DNA of 64,000 nucleotides from assembly GCA_028278205.1 (NCBI GenBank), contig JANQES010000082.1, positions 3,708-67,707 of the forward strand. Reading direction: 5' to 3'. Shown one piece after another: positions 1 through 7,864 of the stretch. The notes below the pieces were generated by a model. The model was not told the DNA's origin. It ran no database searches and saw nothing but the letters and a program-made list of their open reading frames with translations. How positions within the stretch are numbered: position 1 is the first letter of the stretch; each line of letters starts with the position of its first letter. A program made the translations under genes and the position numbers. Source of the stretch: Rhodothermales bacterium. GTDB taxonomy: Bacteria; Bacteroidota; Rhodothermia; Rhodothermales; Bin80.

Positions 1-75
1 GCTGAGGCTTTTTCATTTGTTGCATTTGGATCGGCAAACGACCAATCCAAAATCGGAAATCCAAAATCCAAAATC
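1..75. mobile_element. Window-truncated copy (inverted orientation) of a MITE-like element with AATCCAAAATC-type heptamer terminal repeats
   Basis: The reverse complement of 1-75 aligns with 1221-1290 (gattttggatttt.gattttggattggtcgtttgc...gaaaaagcctcagc). Confidence 0.7.
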
Positions 76-118
76 ATGAAGCCCTTTGCATGAGGCTGAA
101 AGATATCGAACAAATCCC

Positions 119-1222
119 ATGAGCACTACAACGCTCACACAGCGCCGATGGGTTCGATGGGGGCTGATCTTCGGCTTCTGGACGGGGCTCGGTCTGTTCT
201 TCGCCATCGAGATGATCATCTCCTACAGCAACCAGGGCGACCCGCCGCGCTGGACGCCGGTGCTCGTCTACCAGATGAGCCAGTGGTACGCCTGGGGCTT
301 GCTCACGCCGCTGATCCTGGGCCTGGCCCGCCGCTATCGCATCGAAAAGCCGTGGCGGCGCGGGGTGGCGGCGCACCTCATAGCCGGGGTGCTCGTGGCG
401 CCGGTGCAGGTAGTGCTGGCGCTGGCGTTGCGCTACGGCGCTTTTCTGCTCCTGGGCACCGTCACGCTGGAGCAGGTAGCCGGGCAACTCGGCAACGCGC
501 CCCTCCAGATCCTCACCGGCAGCTTCGACGGGTTCATCACGTACTGGATCATCCTGGGCATTGAGCACACGTTCGATTATTACCGCAAAAACCGGGAGCG
601 GGAACTGCACACCTCGCAACTCGAAGGGCAACTGGCGCAGGCGCAACTCAAAGCGCTCAAGATGCAGCTTCATCCGCACTTTCTCTTCAACACCTTGCAC
701 AGCATCTCGGCGCTCGTCCACGCCGACCCCGAGGCCGCCGAACGCATGATCGCCCGGCTGAGCGATTTGCTCCGCCTCACGCTCGACAACGAGGGCACGC
801 AGGAGGTCTCGCTCAAACAAGAACTGGCCTTTCTGGAACAATACCTGGAGATCGAACGGACACGCTTCCCGGACCGGCTCTCGGTGGAGATGGACATCGA
901 CCCGGCGGCGCTCGACGCCTGTGTGCCCAACCTGATCTTGCAGCCGCTCGTCGAAAACGCGATCCGCCACGGCATTGCGCCGAGGCCGGAGGCGGGCTTC
1001 GTCCGGATCCACGCCGCGCGCGAGAACGGCGTGCTCCGCCTCCAGGTACGCGACGACGGCCCCGGCCTGACCAACGACCACAAAGGCCTGCGCGAAGGCG
1101 TCGGCCTCGCCAACACGCGCCAACGCCTCACCCAACTCTACGGCCCGGACCACCGCTTCGAGTTTGCTAATGCTCCTGACGGCGGACTGGAGGTCAATCT
1201 GGAATTGCCCTTCAGGGTTTGA
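119..1222 (+). CDS. LytS/YehU-type sensor histidine kinase
   Basis: Multi-TM N-terminus. H-box LHPHFLFNTLHSI. ATPase motifs LQPLVENAIRHG, DDGPG, GVGLANTRQRL. The ORF opens at TTG 86; the first ATG is 119. Confidence 0.9.
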   Translation: MSTTTLTQRRWVRWGLIFGFWTGLGLFFAIEMIISYSNQGDPPRWTPVLVYQMSQWYAWGLLTPLILGLARRYRIEKPWRRGVAAHLIAGVLVAPVQVVLALALRYGAFLLLGTVTLEQVAGQLGNAPLQILTGSFDGFITYWIILGIEHTFDYYRKNRERELHTSQLEGQLAQAQLKALKMQLHPHFLFNTLHSISALVHADPEAAERMIARLSDLLRLTLDNEGTQEVSLKQELAFLEQYLEIERTRFPDRLSVEMDIDPAALDACVPNLILQPLVENAIRHGIAPRPEAGFVRIHAARENGVLRLQVRDDGPGLTNDHKGLREGVGLANTRQRLTQLYGPDHRFEFANAPDGGLEVNLELPFRV

Positions 1223-1361
1223 ATTTTGGATTTTAGATTTTGGATTGGTCGTTTGCTGCGCCATTTGCATCAACCGAAAAAGCCTCAGCGATCCCAACTG
1301 TCGCGGCTTTTTTCGATTATTGAGGACGAAGCAGGCCGCACCCAATCCAAAATCTAAAATC
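1221..1361. mobile_element. Full MITE-like element (heptamer TIRs plus internal terminator-like hairpin 1275-1315)
   Basis: Left arm gaattttggattttagattttggattgg and right arm cccaatccaaaatctaaaatc are inverted repeats. Core is cgaaaaagcc...ggcttttttcg. It fills the whole HK-RR intergenic gap. Confidence 0.75.
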
Positions 1362-1362
1362 G

Positions 1363-2136
1363 ATGATCCGTACCCTTATCGTCGATGATGAGCCGTTGGG
1401 GCGACAGCGCATCCGGCACCTGCTCGACCAGGAAAACGACGTGGCCGTCATCGGCGAATGCGCCAACGGCGACGAAGCCGTCGCGGCCATCCGCCGCGAG
1501 ACGCCCGACCTCGTCTTTCTCGACGTGCAAATGCCGGTGCTCGACGGCTTTGCCGTGGTCGAGACGGTCGGGGCGGCGCAGATGCCGGTGGTCATCTTCG
1601 TGACGGCCTACGACCAGTACGCCCTGCAAGCCTTCGACGTCCACGCCCTCGACTACCTGCTCAAGCCGTTCGACCGCGAGCGGTTTCAGAAAGCGATGGC
1701 GCGGGCGCGCGTCCACCTGCGGCGCCAGGGGCTCGACGCCCTCGGCCAGCGACTCCAGGATTTGCTGGATCAGGTCGAGACCGAACCGGCGCCGGAAACG
1801 AAGTATCTCAAACGCTTTGCCGTCAAGACCGGCGGGCAGGTGTTTTTTCTGAACGTCGAAGAGATCGATTGGATCGAGGCGGCGGGCAACTACGCGGGCC
1901 TGCACGTCAAAGACAAAACCCATCTGATCCGCGAGACGATGGCCGACCTCGAAGCCCGCCTCGACCCCGCCCTCTTCCTGCGCATTCACCGCTCGACCAT
2001 CGTCAACCGCGAGCGCATCAAGGCCGTTGCCACCTCGCCCAACGGCGAATATGAGTTGACGCTGCACGACGGCACGCGCCTGCCCTCCAGCCGCAGCTAC
2101 CGCGACCGGGTGCAGGCGCTGATGAAGGGGTCATAA
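1363..2136 (+). CDS. LytTR-family response regulator (REC + LytTR)
   Basis: 257 aa. REC motifs IVDDEP and DLVFLDVQMP. C-terminal LytTR pattern (IDWIEAAGNY...LRIHRSTIVN). Confidence 0.92.
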   Translation: MIRTLIVDDEPLGRQRIRHLLDQENDVAVIGECANGDEAVAAIRRETPDLVFLDVQMPVLDGFAVVETVGAAQMPVVIFVTAYDQYALQAFDVHALDYLLKPFDRERFQKAMARARVHLRRQGLDALGQRLQDLLDQVETEPAPETKYLKRFAVKTGGQVFFLNVEEIDWIEAAGNYAGLHVKDKTHLIRETMADLEARLDPALFLRIHRSTIVNRERIKAVATSPNGEYELTLHDGTRLPSSRSYRDRVQALMKGS

Positions 2137-2175
2137 GGGTATTTTCCATGTTGTGCTCGTAGCGCGCCTGGCATC

Positions 2176-2241
2176 GGTCACGGGTCATAAGTCATGGGTG
2201 TGGGAAAACCACTCATGACCCATGACTCATGACTCATGACC
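2176..2241. repeat. Hairpin whose arms are tandem CATGACT words
   Basis: ggtcacgggtcataagtcatggg / cactcatgacccatgactcatgactcatgacc. Related copy at 6637-6668; both are followed by tgcgcc. Confidence 0.8.
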
Positions 2242-2430
2242 TGCGCCGAGGCGGAGACAAAGCGCCACCGGCGAAAACACCTCATCCCCCTTTTCAAACC
2301 GCCATTCCCCCATCCCCAAATCCATCCCAGAAATCCAGGGATCTGTCACAAAGCGTTCGCCCCTGAATAAAAAAATCCGTACCTAGAAGAGTTGCCATTC
2401 GCCTGATCCTTCATCAAGCCGAACGACATC

Positions 2431-3195
2431 ATGACGGGATTCAACGCGCGTCCGGGCCGGGCTTTGTTGCTGGCCGCCCTCCTCGCCTTGCTCGGATCTG
2501 CCGACGGCATGGCGCAACGGTGGCAGTGGCCGGAGAAAGGCGAGAACCTTCAAATCTTGCCCGAAGACACCACGCCCGAACAACTCCAGGCAACCATGCG
2601 CAGCTTTGTGGGCGCCCTCGGCGTGCGCTGCGAATATTGCCACGACGACACCAACGGCAACCGCCTCAGCCAGATGGACTTCGCCGCCGACACGAAGGAA
2701 GCCAAAGACATCGCCCGCGTCATGATGGAGATGGTGCAGGGCATCAACGGCGAGGCGCTGACGCAGGTCTCGCACGGCGACAACGCAGCCCGGGTCTCGG
2801 TGACCTGCATGACGTGTCACCGGGGCGTGGCTATCCCGCGTATGCTCGAAGACCTCCTGGCCCAGGAACACGCCGAGGCGGGCGTTGAGGCGACCATCAC
2901 ACGCTACCGGGAACTGCGCGAGCAGTATTACGGCGGCTTCTCGTACGACTTCGGCGAGCGGACCTTGCTGCGCCTGGCCGAGATGATGATGGCCGGCGCT
3001 CCCGACGACGTGCCCGCGATCCTCGACCTGAACCTGGAGATGCATCCCCAATCGTGGCAGACGCACCTCTATTTCGGGCAGCTCCACGCGCGCGGCGGCG
3101 ACAACGAGGCGGCGCTGGCGAGCTTCGAGAAAGCCTACGAACTCAACCCGGCCCCGTTTATCCAGCAACAAATCGACCGCCTCAAGAGCCAGTAG
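2431..3195 (+). CDS. Secreted di-haem c-type cytochrome, reaction-centre cytochrome c subunit-like fold family, with helical (TPR-like) C-terminus
   Basis: Signal peptide. Two CxxCH motifs (CEYCH, CMTCH). KGENLQILPEDTTPEQL...LGVRCEYCH resembles the PRC cytochrome c subunit family. Confidence 0.75.
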   Translation: MTGFNARPGRALLLAALLALLGSADGMAQRWQWPEKGENLQILPEDTTPEQLQATMRSFVGALGVRCEYCHDDTNGNRLSQMDFAADTKEAKDIARVMMEMVQGINGEALTQVSHGDNAARVSVTCMTCHRGVAIPRMLEDLLAQEHAEAGVEATITRYRELREQYYGGFSYDFGERTLLRLAEMMMAGAPDDVPAILDLNLEMHPQSWQTHLYFGQLHARGGDNEAALASFEKAYELNPAPFIQQQIDRLKSQ

Positions 3196-3197
3196 CG

Positions 3198-3221
3198 TAG
3201 AGAAATCTTGCGATTTCTCTA
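3198..3221 (+). terminator. AT-rich palindrome downstream of the cytochrome gene
   Basis: tagagaaatc ttgc gatttctcta immediately after stop 3193-3195. Confidence 0.5.
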
Positions 3222-3223
3222 AA

Positions 3224-3365
3224 ACCGAAAAAGCCTCATCGATTCCAACCGTCACAGCTTTTTCGGTTGTTAAAAGGGAATCGGAAACATCACAATCCAA
3301 AATTACTTCGTCAGTCGCGGAGCCTGTGCTGAACTTGATTCAGTGCTCGTGTCAAAATCTAAAAT
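3224..3365. repeat. Degenerate composite copy of the heptamer MITE core plus a split copy of the ACACGAGCGAAGCGACTGACGAAGTAA repeat
   Basis: accgaaaaagcctcatcgattccaaccgtcacagctttttcggt matches the cores at 1275-1315 and 28096-28137. It is followed by caatccaaaatt and ttacttcgtcagtcgc...gctcgtgtcaaaatctaaaatc. Confidence 0.6.
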
Positions 3366-3394
3366 CATCACTCGTCGAAGATAATTAAACGTGC

Positions 3395-4285
3395 TCACAG
3401 CCATGCGATCAACGCATCATACACCGCGCGAAGGCGTGTGCGCAACGGCGCCGCCTCAGAAGCAAACTGCTGCTGGTAATCGCGGTAGACCCGGCGGCCT
3501 TCGGGCGTTTCGATGGCGATGGGCTCCAGGCCGGCGGCGCGGAGGTCGTAGGGGCTGGCGCGCATATCGACGGTGCGGATGCGGCAGGCCAGGTCGAAGG
3601 CGTCGGCCAGGAGAGCGCCGGGCGTCCAGGGGTAGAGCTTATAGGCCCAGCGGTAGAGGTCCATGTTGGCGTGCAGGCAGCCGGGTTGTTCGAGCGCCGG
3701 CATGGTCTCGCGGCTGAGTTGATGGCGGTTGAGCGGGCGCGCTTCGGGCGTAAAAAAGCGAAACGCGTCGTAATGCGTACACACGACGGGGACCGATTCG
3801 ACGAAGGCAGCCAGGGCGTCCGGCGTCATGCGCAGCGGCACCTGCCCGTGGCGCACGGCGTCGTTCCGGTAAACCATGGCCCACTCGTGCATGCCGTGGC
3901 AGCCCAGCAGCGGCGGGCGCGTCTCGGTGGCCGCCAGCAAATCGCGGATCCAGCGTAACCCTTGCTTGCGGCGTTCGGGGAAGCGCGCCGGATCGAGGGC
4001 GACGCCGGCAGGCGTGCGGGCGAAGAACGGCTGGTCGAGAAACGCCTCGGCGGCTTCGCCCTCTAGCGCCACGCCGAAGCCGGGGCTCCAGCGCAACAGG
4101 CGGCTCGGACGAAAAGCATAATACTCGAAGAGAAAATCCATCACCGGATCTTTGACGCCCCGGCTGCGCCGTTCGAGGTACGGCCTGAGCATAGGCTCCA
4201 ACCGAGCGCGATGGGCGCTCTCCTGCGCCTGCCACGTCCGGGCCGGGCGCGCGTCGCGGATATAAGCGGGCTGCCGGGGCATCAT
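3395..4285 (-). CDS. Conserved hypothetical protein (family often auto-annotated as 3-methyladenine DNA glycosylase)
   Basis: 296-aa ORF with GC3-rich coding pattern. Motif DFLFEYYAFRPSRLLRWSPG recalled from that family. Function not established. Confidence 0.6.
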   Translation of the reverse strand: MMPRQPAYIRDARPARTWQAQESAHRARLEPMLRPYLERRSRGVKDPVMDFLFEYYAFRPSRLLRWSPGFGVALEGEAAEAFLDQPFFARTPAGVALDPARFPERRKQGLRWIRDLLAATETRPPLLGCHGMHEWAMVYRNDAVRHGQVPLRMTPDALAAFVESVPVVCTHYDAFRFFTPEARPLNRHQLSRETMPALEQPGCLHANMDLYRWAYKLYPWTPGALLADAFDLACRIRTVDMRASPYDLRAAGLEPIAIETPEGRRVYRDYQQQFASEAAPLRTRLRAVYDALIAWL

Positions 4286-4292
4286 CCTATAG

Positions 4293-4330
4293 TTATGAAT
4301 TTTGACAGGGAAATCCGGTGAGAGGCCTCA
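4293..4330. repeat. Solo end of the TATGAATTTTGAC MITE family
   Basis: ttatgaattttgacagggaaatccg is identical to the first 25 nt of the full copy at 4792. Confidence 0.7.
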
Positions 4331-4586
4331 GCCTTAAAGAGATTGTCAGATAGGCGCTATCGTGCTTGTACCGGCACGTAGCCCGGACGTTCGATTTCTT
4401 ATCGAGCATTCGGCATTACGTTTGTCGATGGAGGGGCGAGGCAAGCTTCGGTAGCCGGGCTGGGGGATGGAAGCCCGTTGGACTTTTTTCAGGGCGTTAC
4501 GTTGTGCTGTGGCAACCCTGGGAATGTCGAGGCGTTCTTTTGATTGATGTATTCGTCATCTCCTTCCAACGCAATCCAAAAAACGC

Positions 4587-4778
4587 ATGTCTAAATTCTG
4601 GAGAGCCTTGCTGGTCTCGGCGGTAGCTACCGGCGCCGCTGCCGTCGTGATGAAGCTGATCGCGCCGGACGCACCGCCTGCCGCGCCGCCTCCCTCCAGC
4701 GGCCCCTACGTAGACGCCGACACGATGACCAAAGAGGAGCAAGACTTGCTCATGCAAGAACTGGAGGCGACATTATAA
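4587..4778 (+). CDS. Small hypothetical membrane protein (63 aa)
   Basis: One hydrophobic helix (ALLVSAVATGAAAVVMKLI), a Pro/Ala linker, and GC3-biased codons. No recognisable family. Confidence 0.4.
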   Translation: MSKFWRALLVSAVATGAAAVVMKLIAPDAPPAAPPPSSGPYVDADTMTKEEQDLLMQELEATL

Positions 4779-4791
4779 AATCTGGTACTTT

Positions 4792-4879
4792 TATGAATTT
4801 TGACAGGGAAATCCGTTGAAGAACCCCGGCTTCGAAAATACCGATGCCGTATAATCGAAGTTAAACGTCAAAATTCATT
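4792..4879. mobile_element. Full 87-bp MITE-like element with TATGAATTTTGAC terminal inverted repeats
   Basis: atgaattttgac ... gtcaaaattcat. Second full copy at 61411-61498; solo ends at 4293, 14312 and 49386. Confidence 0.75.
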
Positions 4880-4890
4880 TGGAGGCGGCT

Positions 4891-6006
4891 ATGAAGCAGG
4901 TTTATCGCATCGTCTTTTCGGTATCGTTGGCGTTGCTGGTGGTAGACGCGGCGTGGGCGCAGCCGGCTATCGCTCCGGCGGCGCCGCGCTACGTGCAGCT
5001 CGTCGACTCGGCGCGGGCGCTCGTCCAGCGGGATCTGATCGAGAAGAACCACCCCGGCATGGCTATCGCCGTGTCGGTCGATGGCGAGATGGTGTGGTCC
5101 GAGGGTTTCGGCTATGCCGACCTCGAACATCGTGTGCCCATCTGGCCGACGAACAAGTTCCGCATCGGCAGCATCTCGAAACCGCTGACGGCTGCCGCCG
5201 TGGCGCAACTCTACGAAGAGGGCCGCCTCGACCTCGACGCGCCGGTGCAGCGATACGTCCCGTCGTTTCCTGAAAAACGATGGCCGCTGACGACGCGGCA
5301 ACTCGGCGCGCACCTCGGCGGCGTGCGGCATTATCGGGGGATGGAGAACCTCAGCAGCAGGCCCTACGGCACGGTCTTGAGCGGTCTATCGATCTTTGCC
5401 GGCGACACGTTGCTCTACGAGCCGGGCACGGATTATTCGTATTCGAGCTATGGCTGGAACCTGATCAGCGCCGTCGTCGAAGGCGCTTCGGGGCAGGCTT
5501 TTCTCGACTATATGCGCGAGGAGGTCTTCGAGCCGCTGGGCATGCGCCACACCGTCGCCGATCATCCGGACAGCCTCATTTACCAACGGGTGCGGTTCTA
5601 CGTGCGCGGTACGGGCGGCGATCTGGTCAACGCGCCGTTTGTCAACAACAGCTACAAGTGGGCCGGCGGCGGTTTCCTCTCGACGCCCGAAGACCTGATC
5701 CGCTTCGCCAACGCCCACCTCGGAGCCGATTTCCTCTCCGACGAAGCCCGCGCGATGCTCTTCACATCGCAACGCACCCGCGACGGCAAAAGCGTCAATT
5801 ACGGCTTTGGATGGCGCGTTCAAACTAGAGAGGATGGACGCCGCTACCTCTCGCACGGCGGCGGCTCGGTAGGCGGCACGTCTATGCTGATCATGCAGCC
5901 CGACACCCGCGTGGTCGTCGCCGCCACGGTCAACCTTTCGCGGGCCAACCTCGACGTGGTGTTCACCGTGCTGAGCATGTTCGTTGAGGCGGCGGAGGGG
6001 TCGTAG
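4891..6006 (+). CDS. Serine hydrolase, beta-lactamase/PBP (class C-like) family
   Basis: GGAGG 5 nt upstream of ATG 4891. Signal peptide. SxxK motif (GSISKPLTA). YSSYGW and HGGG motifs. Confidence 0.85.
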   Translation: MKQVYRIVFSVSLALLVVDAAWAQPAIAPAAPRYVQLVDSARALVQRDLIEKNHPGMAIAVSVDGEMVWSEGFGYADLEHRVPIWPTNKFRIGSISKPLTAAAVAQLYEEGRLDLDAPVQRYVPSFPEKRWPLTTRQLGAHLGGVRHYRGMENLSSRPYGTVLSGLSIFAGDTLLYEPGTDYSYSSYGWNLISAVVEGASGQAFLDYMREEVFEPLGMRHTVADHPDSLIYQRVRFYVRGTGGDLVNAPFVNNSYKWAGGGFLSTPEDLIRFANAHLGADFLSDEARAMLFTSQRTRDGKSVNYGFGWRVQTREDGRRYLSHGGGSVGGTSMLIMQPDTRVVVAATVNLSRANLDVVFTVLSMFVEAAEGS

Positions 6007-6013
6007 GTCGTAT

Positions 6014-6086
6014 GGACAAATAGGCAAATGGGCAAATGGGCAAATGAGGTAATCAAGCTTCTATTTGCCATTTGCCCATTTGCCAT
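6014..6086. repeat. Hairpin with arms of tandem GCAAATGG words (terminator-like)
   Basis: ggacaaataggcaaatgggcaaatgggcaaatgagg / ctatttgccatttgcccatttgccat. Same word family at 42568-42674. Confidence 0.8.
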
Positions 6087-6113
6087 TGTTAACGCTATCC
6101 AAGGAGGCACCCC

Positions 6114-6578
6114 ATGAACATTGCCAATAAGCTTCTTTCGCCCACCTTGCTAATCGTGATGATCGGCCTGCTCGGCACGATGCCACAGAACCCGCAACCC
6201 GCCCCGAACGAAGCCGATACACCCTTTGCCGTCGAGTATTATTACAAAGTCGAGTGGGGGCATTTCAGCGAGTTTCTGGCGTTGTACAAAAAGAATCACT
6301 ACCCGATTCTGGTGAAGCTTCAGGAGATGGGGCGGATCGTGGAGATGCGCGCAGATCGTCCTTTCAACCACGCGTCGGAGGCGGCGCGGTGGGATTTCCG
6401 CTTTACCATCGTGTGGAAAAACGCAGCTATCGCCCACGAAGATTTCGACACGGAGCCTATCATCAAGGAGCTATACCCGGATCGCGCGACGTTCGACCAG
6501 GAAGAGCAACGCCGCTTTCAGTTGTTGATCGAACATATGGACGTCCCGGTCGTCCCTTATGACCTGGCGACGTGGTAG
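6114..6578 (+). CDS. Hypothetical secreted protein (154 aa)
   Basis: AGGAGG RBS upstream of the ATG. N-terminal hydrophobic segment. No family recognised. Confidence 0.65.
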   Translation: MNIANKLLSPTLLIVMIGLLGTMPQNPQPAPNEADTPFAVEYYYKVEWGHFSEFLALYKKNHYPILVKLQEMGRIVEMRADRPFNHASEAARWDFRFTIVWKNAAIAHEDFDTEPIIKELYPDRATFDQEEQRRFQLLIEHMDVPVVPYDLATW

Positions 6579-6636
6579 CTGGGAGAATGCCATGCGGTAT
6601 TTCTCCAGCGTCTCGCTTTGTAAAACGGCTGGCGTT

Positions 6637-6668
6637 GGTCATGAGTAAGAATCCCATGACTCATGACC
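6637..6668. repeat. CATGACT-word hairpin
   Basis: ggtcatgagtaagaatcccatgactcatgacc followed by tgcgcc, as at 2210-2247. Confidence 0.75.
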
Positions 6669-6723
6669 TGCGCCTTGGCGCACCACCCTCGAAGCCTCCT
6701 CCAACCCTAAACCCGCCTGCCTC

Positions 6724-7467
6724 ATGCCTCGCCTTCACAATTTCCTGAGCCTCGCGCTCGTCCTGTTGATCGCCGGGTGTGGGGCAGCGCAGAGCGAGGA
6801 GCCGGCCTCCGTCGCCGAAACGTCGCAAGAGGCGGCTCTTGCACCTGCCGGCATCCTCAAAGCAGGCTTCGTCGGGCTCGAAACCGTCTACAACTCCGAG
6901 TTGATGGCGCCCTACGACATCCTCCAACACTCGGTCTTCCGCGACTCGATCAACTACGTCGAGACGTTCGTCGTCTCGCCCGACGGGCAGCCGTTCACGA
7001 CCTTCGAAGGCATCACGATCACGCCGCATTATTCGTTCGATGATGCGCCGGAGATCGATATCCTGGTCATCCCCAGCACCGGCGGCAGCATGAGCACCGA
7101 CCTCGAAAACGAGGTGTTTATGACGTGGCTGAAGCAGGCCGTCGACCGGGCGCAGTACGTCATCACGGTCTGCGACGGCGCCTTTCCGCTGGCCGCCACC
7201 GGCGCGCTCGACGGACGCCAGGCCACCACCTTCCCCGCCGACCGCGACCGCCTCGCCGAGATGTTTCCCGACGTCGAGGTACTCTACGATGCCAATTTTG
7301 CGGTCGATGGCAAGTTCATCACGTCGGTGGGTGGGGCGTTGAGCTACGAGCCGGCGCTCTACCTCGTCGAGCGGCTCTACGGCGTCGAACACGCCCGCCG
7401 CACCGCCCAGGGCCTCGTGCTCGACTGGGACGTGAGCCAAATCCCACACTTCATCGCGAGTCAGTAA
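6724..7467 (+). CDS. DJ-1/PfpI-family (class I glutamine amidotransferase-like) lipoprotein
   Basis: Lipobox LLIAGCG. IDILVIPSTGG ... VITVCDGAFPLAATGALDG nucleophile-elbow pattern. Confidence 0.8.
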   Translation: MPRLHNFLSLALVLLIAGCGAAQSEEPASVAETSQEAALAPAGILKAGFVGLETVYNSELMAPYDILQHSVFRDSINYVETFVVSPDGQPFTTFEGITITPHYSFDDAPEIDILVIPSTGGSMSTDLENEVFMTWLKQAVDRAQYVITVCDGAFPLAATGALDGRQATTFPADRDRLAEMFPDVEVLYDANFAVDGKFITSVGGALSYEPALYLVERLYGVEHARRTAQGLVLDWDVSQIPHFIASQ

Positions 7468-7470
7468 CCT

Positions 7471-7497
7471 TTCGAAAATCGTTTTACGATTTTCGAA
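7471..7497 (+). terminator. AT-rich palindrome after the DJ-1-like gene
   Basis: ttcgaaaatcg tttta cgattttcgaa, 4 nt after the stop codon. Confidence 0.45.
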
Positions 7498-7799
7498 AAA
7501 AGGGTAAATCGGCGGCACCTGCTAACATTCGCAGGTTTTTCTCCGTAGGCCCGAAACTGTCTGCGGCGATTCTGGCTATAGGCTTTGATGCCGTGTGTTT
7601 CGCCCAGCGCGAGTACATTCCCCACCGGATCTGGTTGATTCTTTGTGGCGATGCGCAGACTGGAGTCTGCGGCTACAACCTTGAAAATAAAGGATGTAGC
7701 CACAAGCTTCCGCTTGCATTTTTCCGCAATAGATCAAGACGATTTGGTTGCACCCACTTTTCGACGATTCCCACCCCGCCCGGAATACCCCTCGCTGAT

Positions 7800-7854
7800 G
7801 GTTTCTGATTTCTAGTTGGAATTCCAGAAACCAAAAACTCGAAACCAGAAACCC
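7800..7854. repeat. Hairpin with AGAAACC-word arms just upstream of the M16 peptidase start
   Basis: ggtttctgatttctag / ccagaaaccaaaaactcgaaaccagaaaccc. Confidence 0.65.
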
Positions 7855-7864
7855 GTAACCTGCG

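Noticed and set aside
74-1345. 423-aa minus-strand ORF overlapping the first histidine kinase.
   Set aside because: It is antisense to a gene with clear kinase motifs. The product is Arg/Ala/Gly/Glu-rich with no motifs, which is the typical high-GC shadow ORF.
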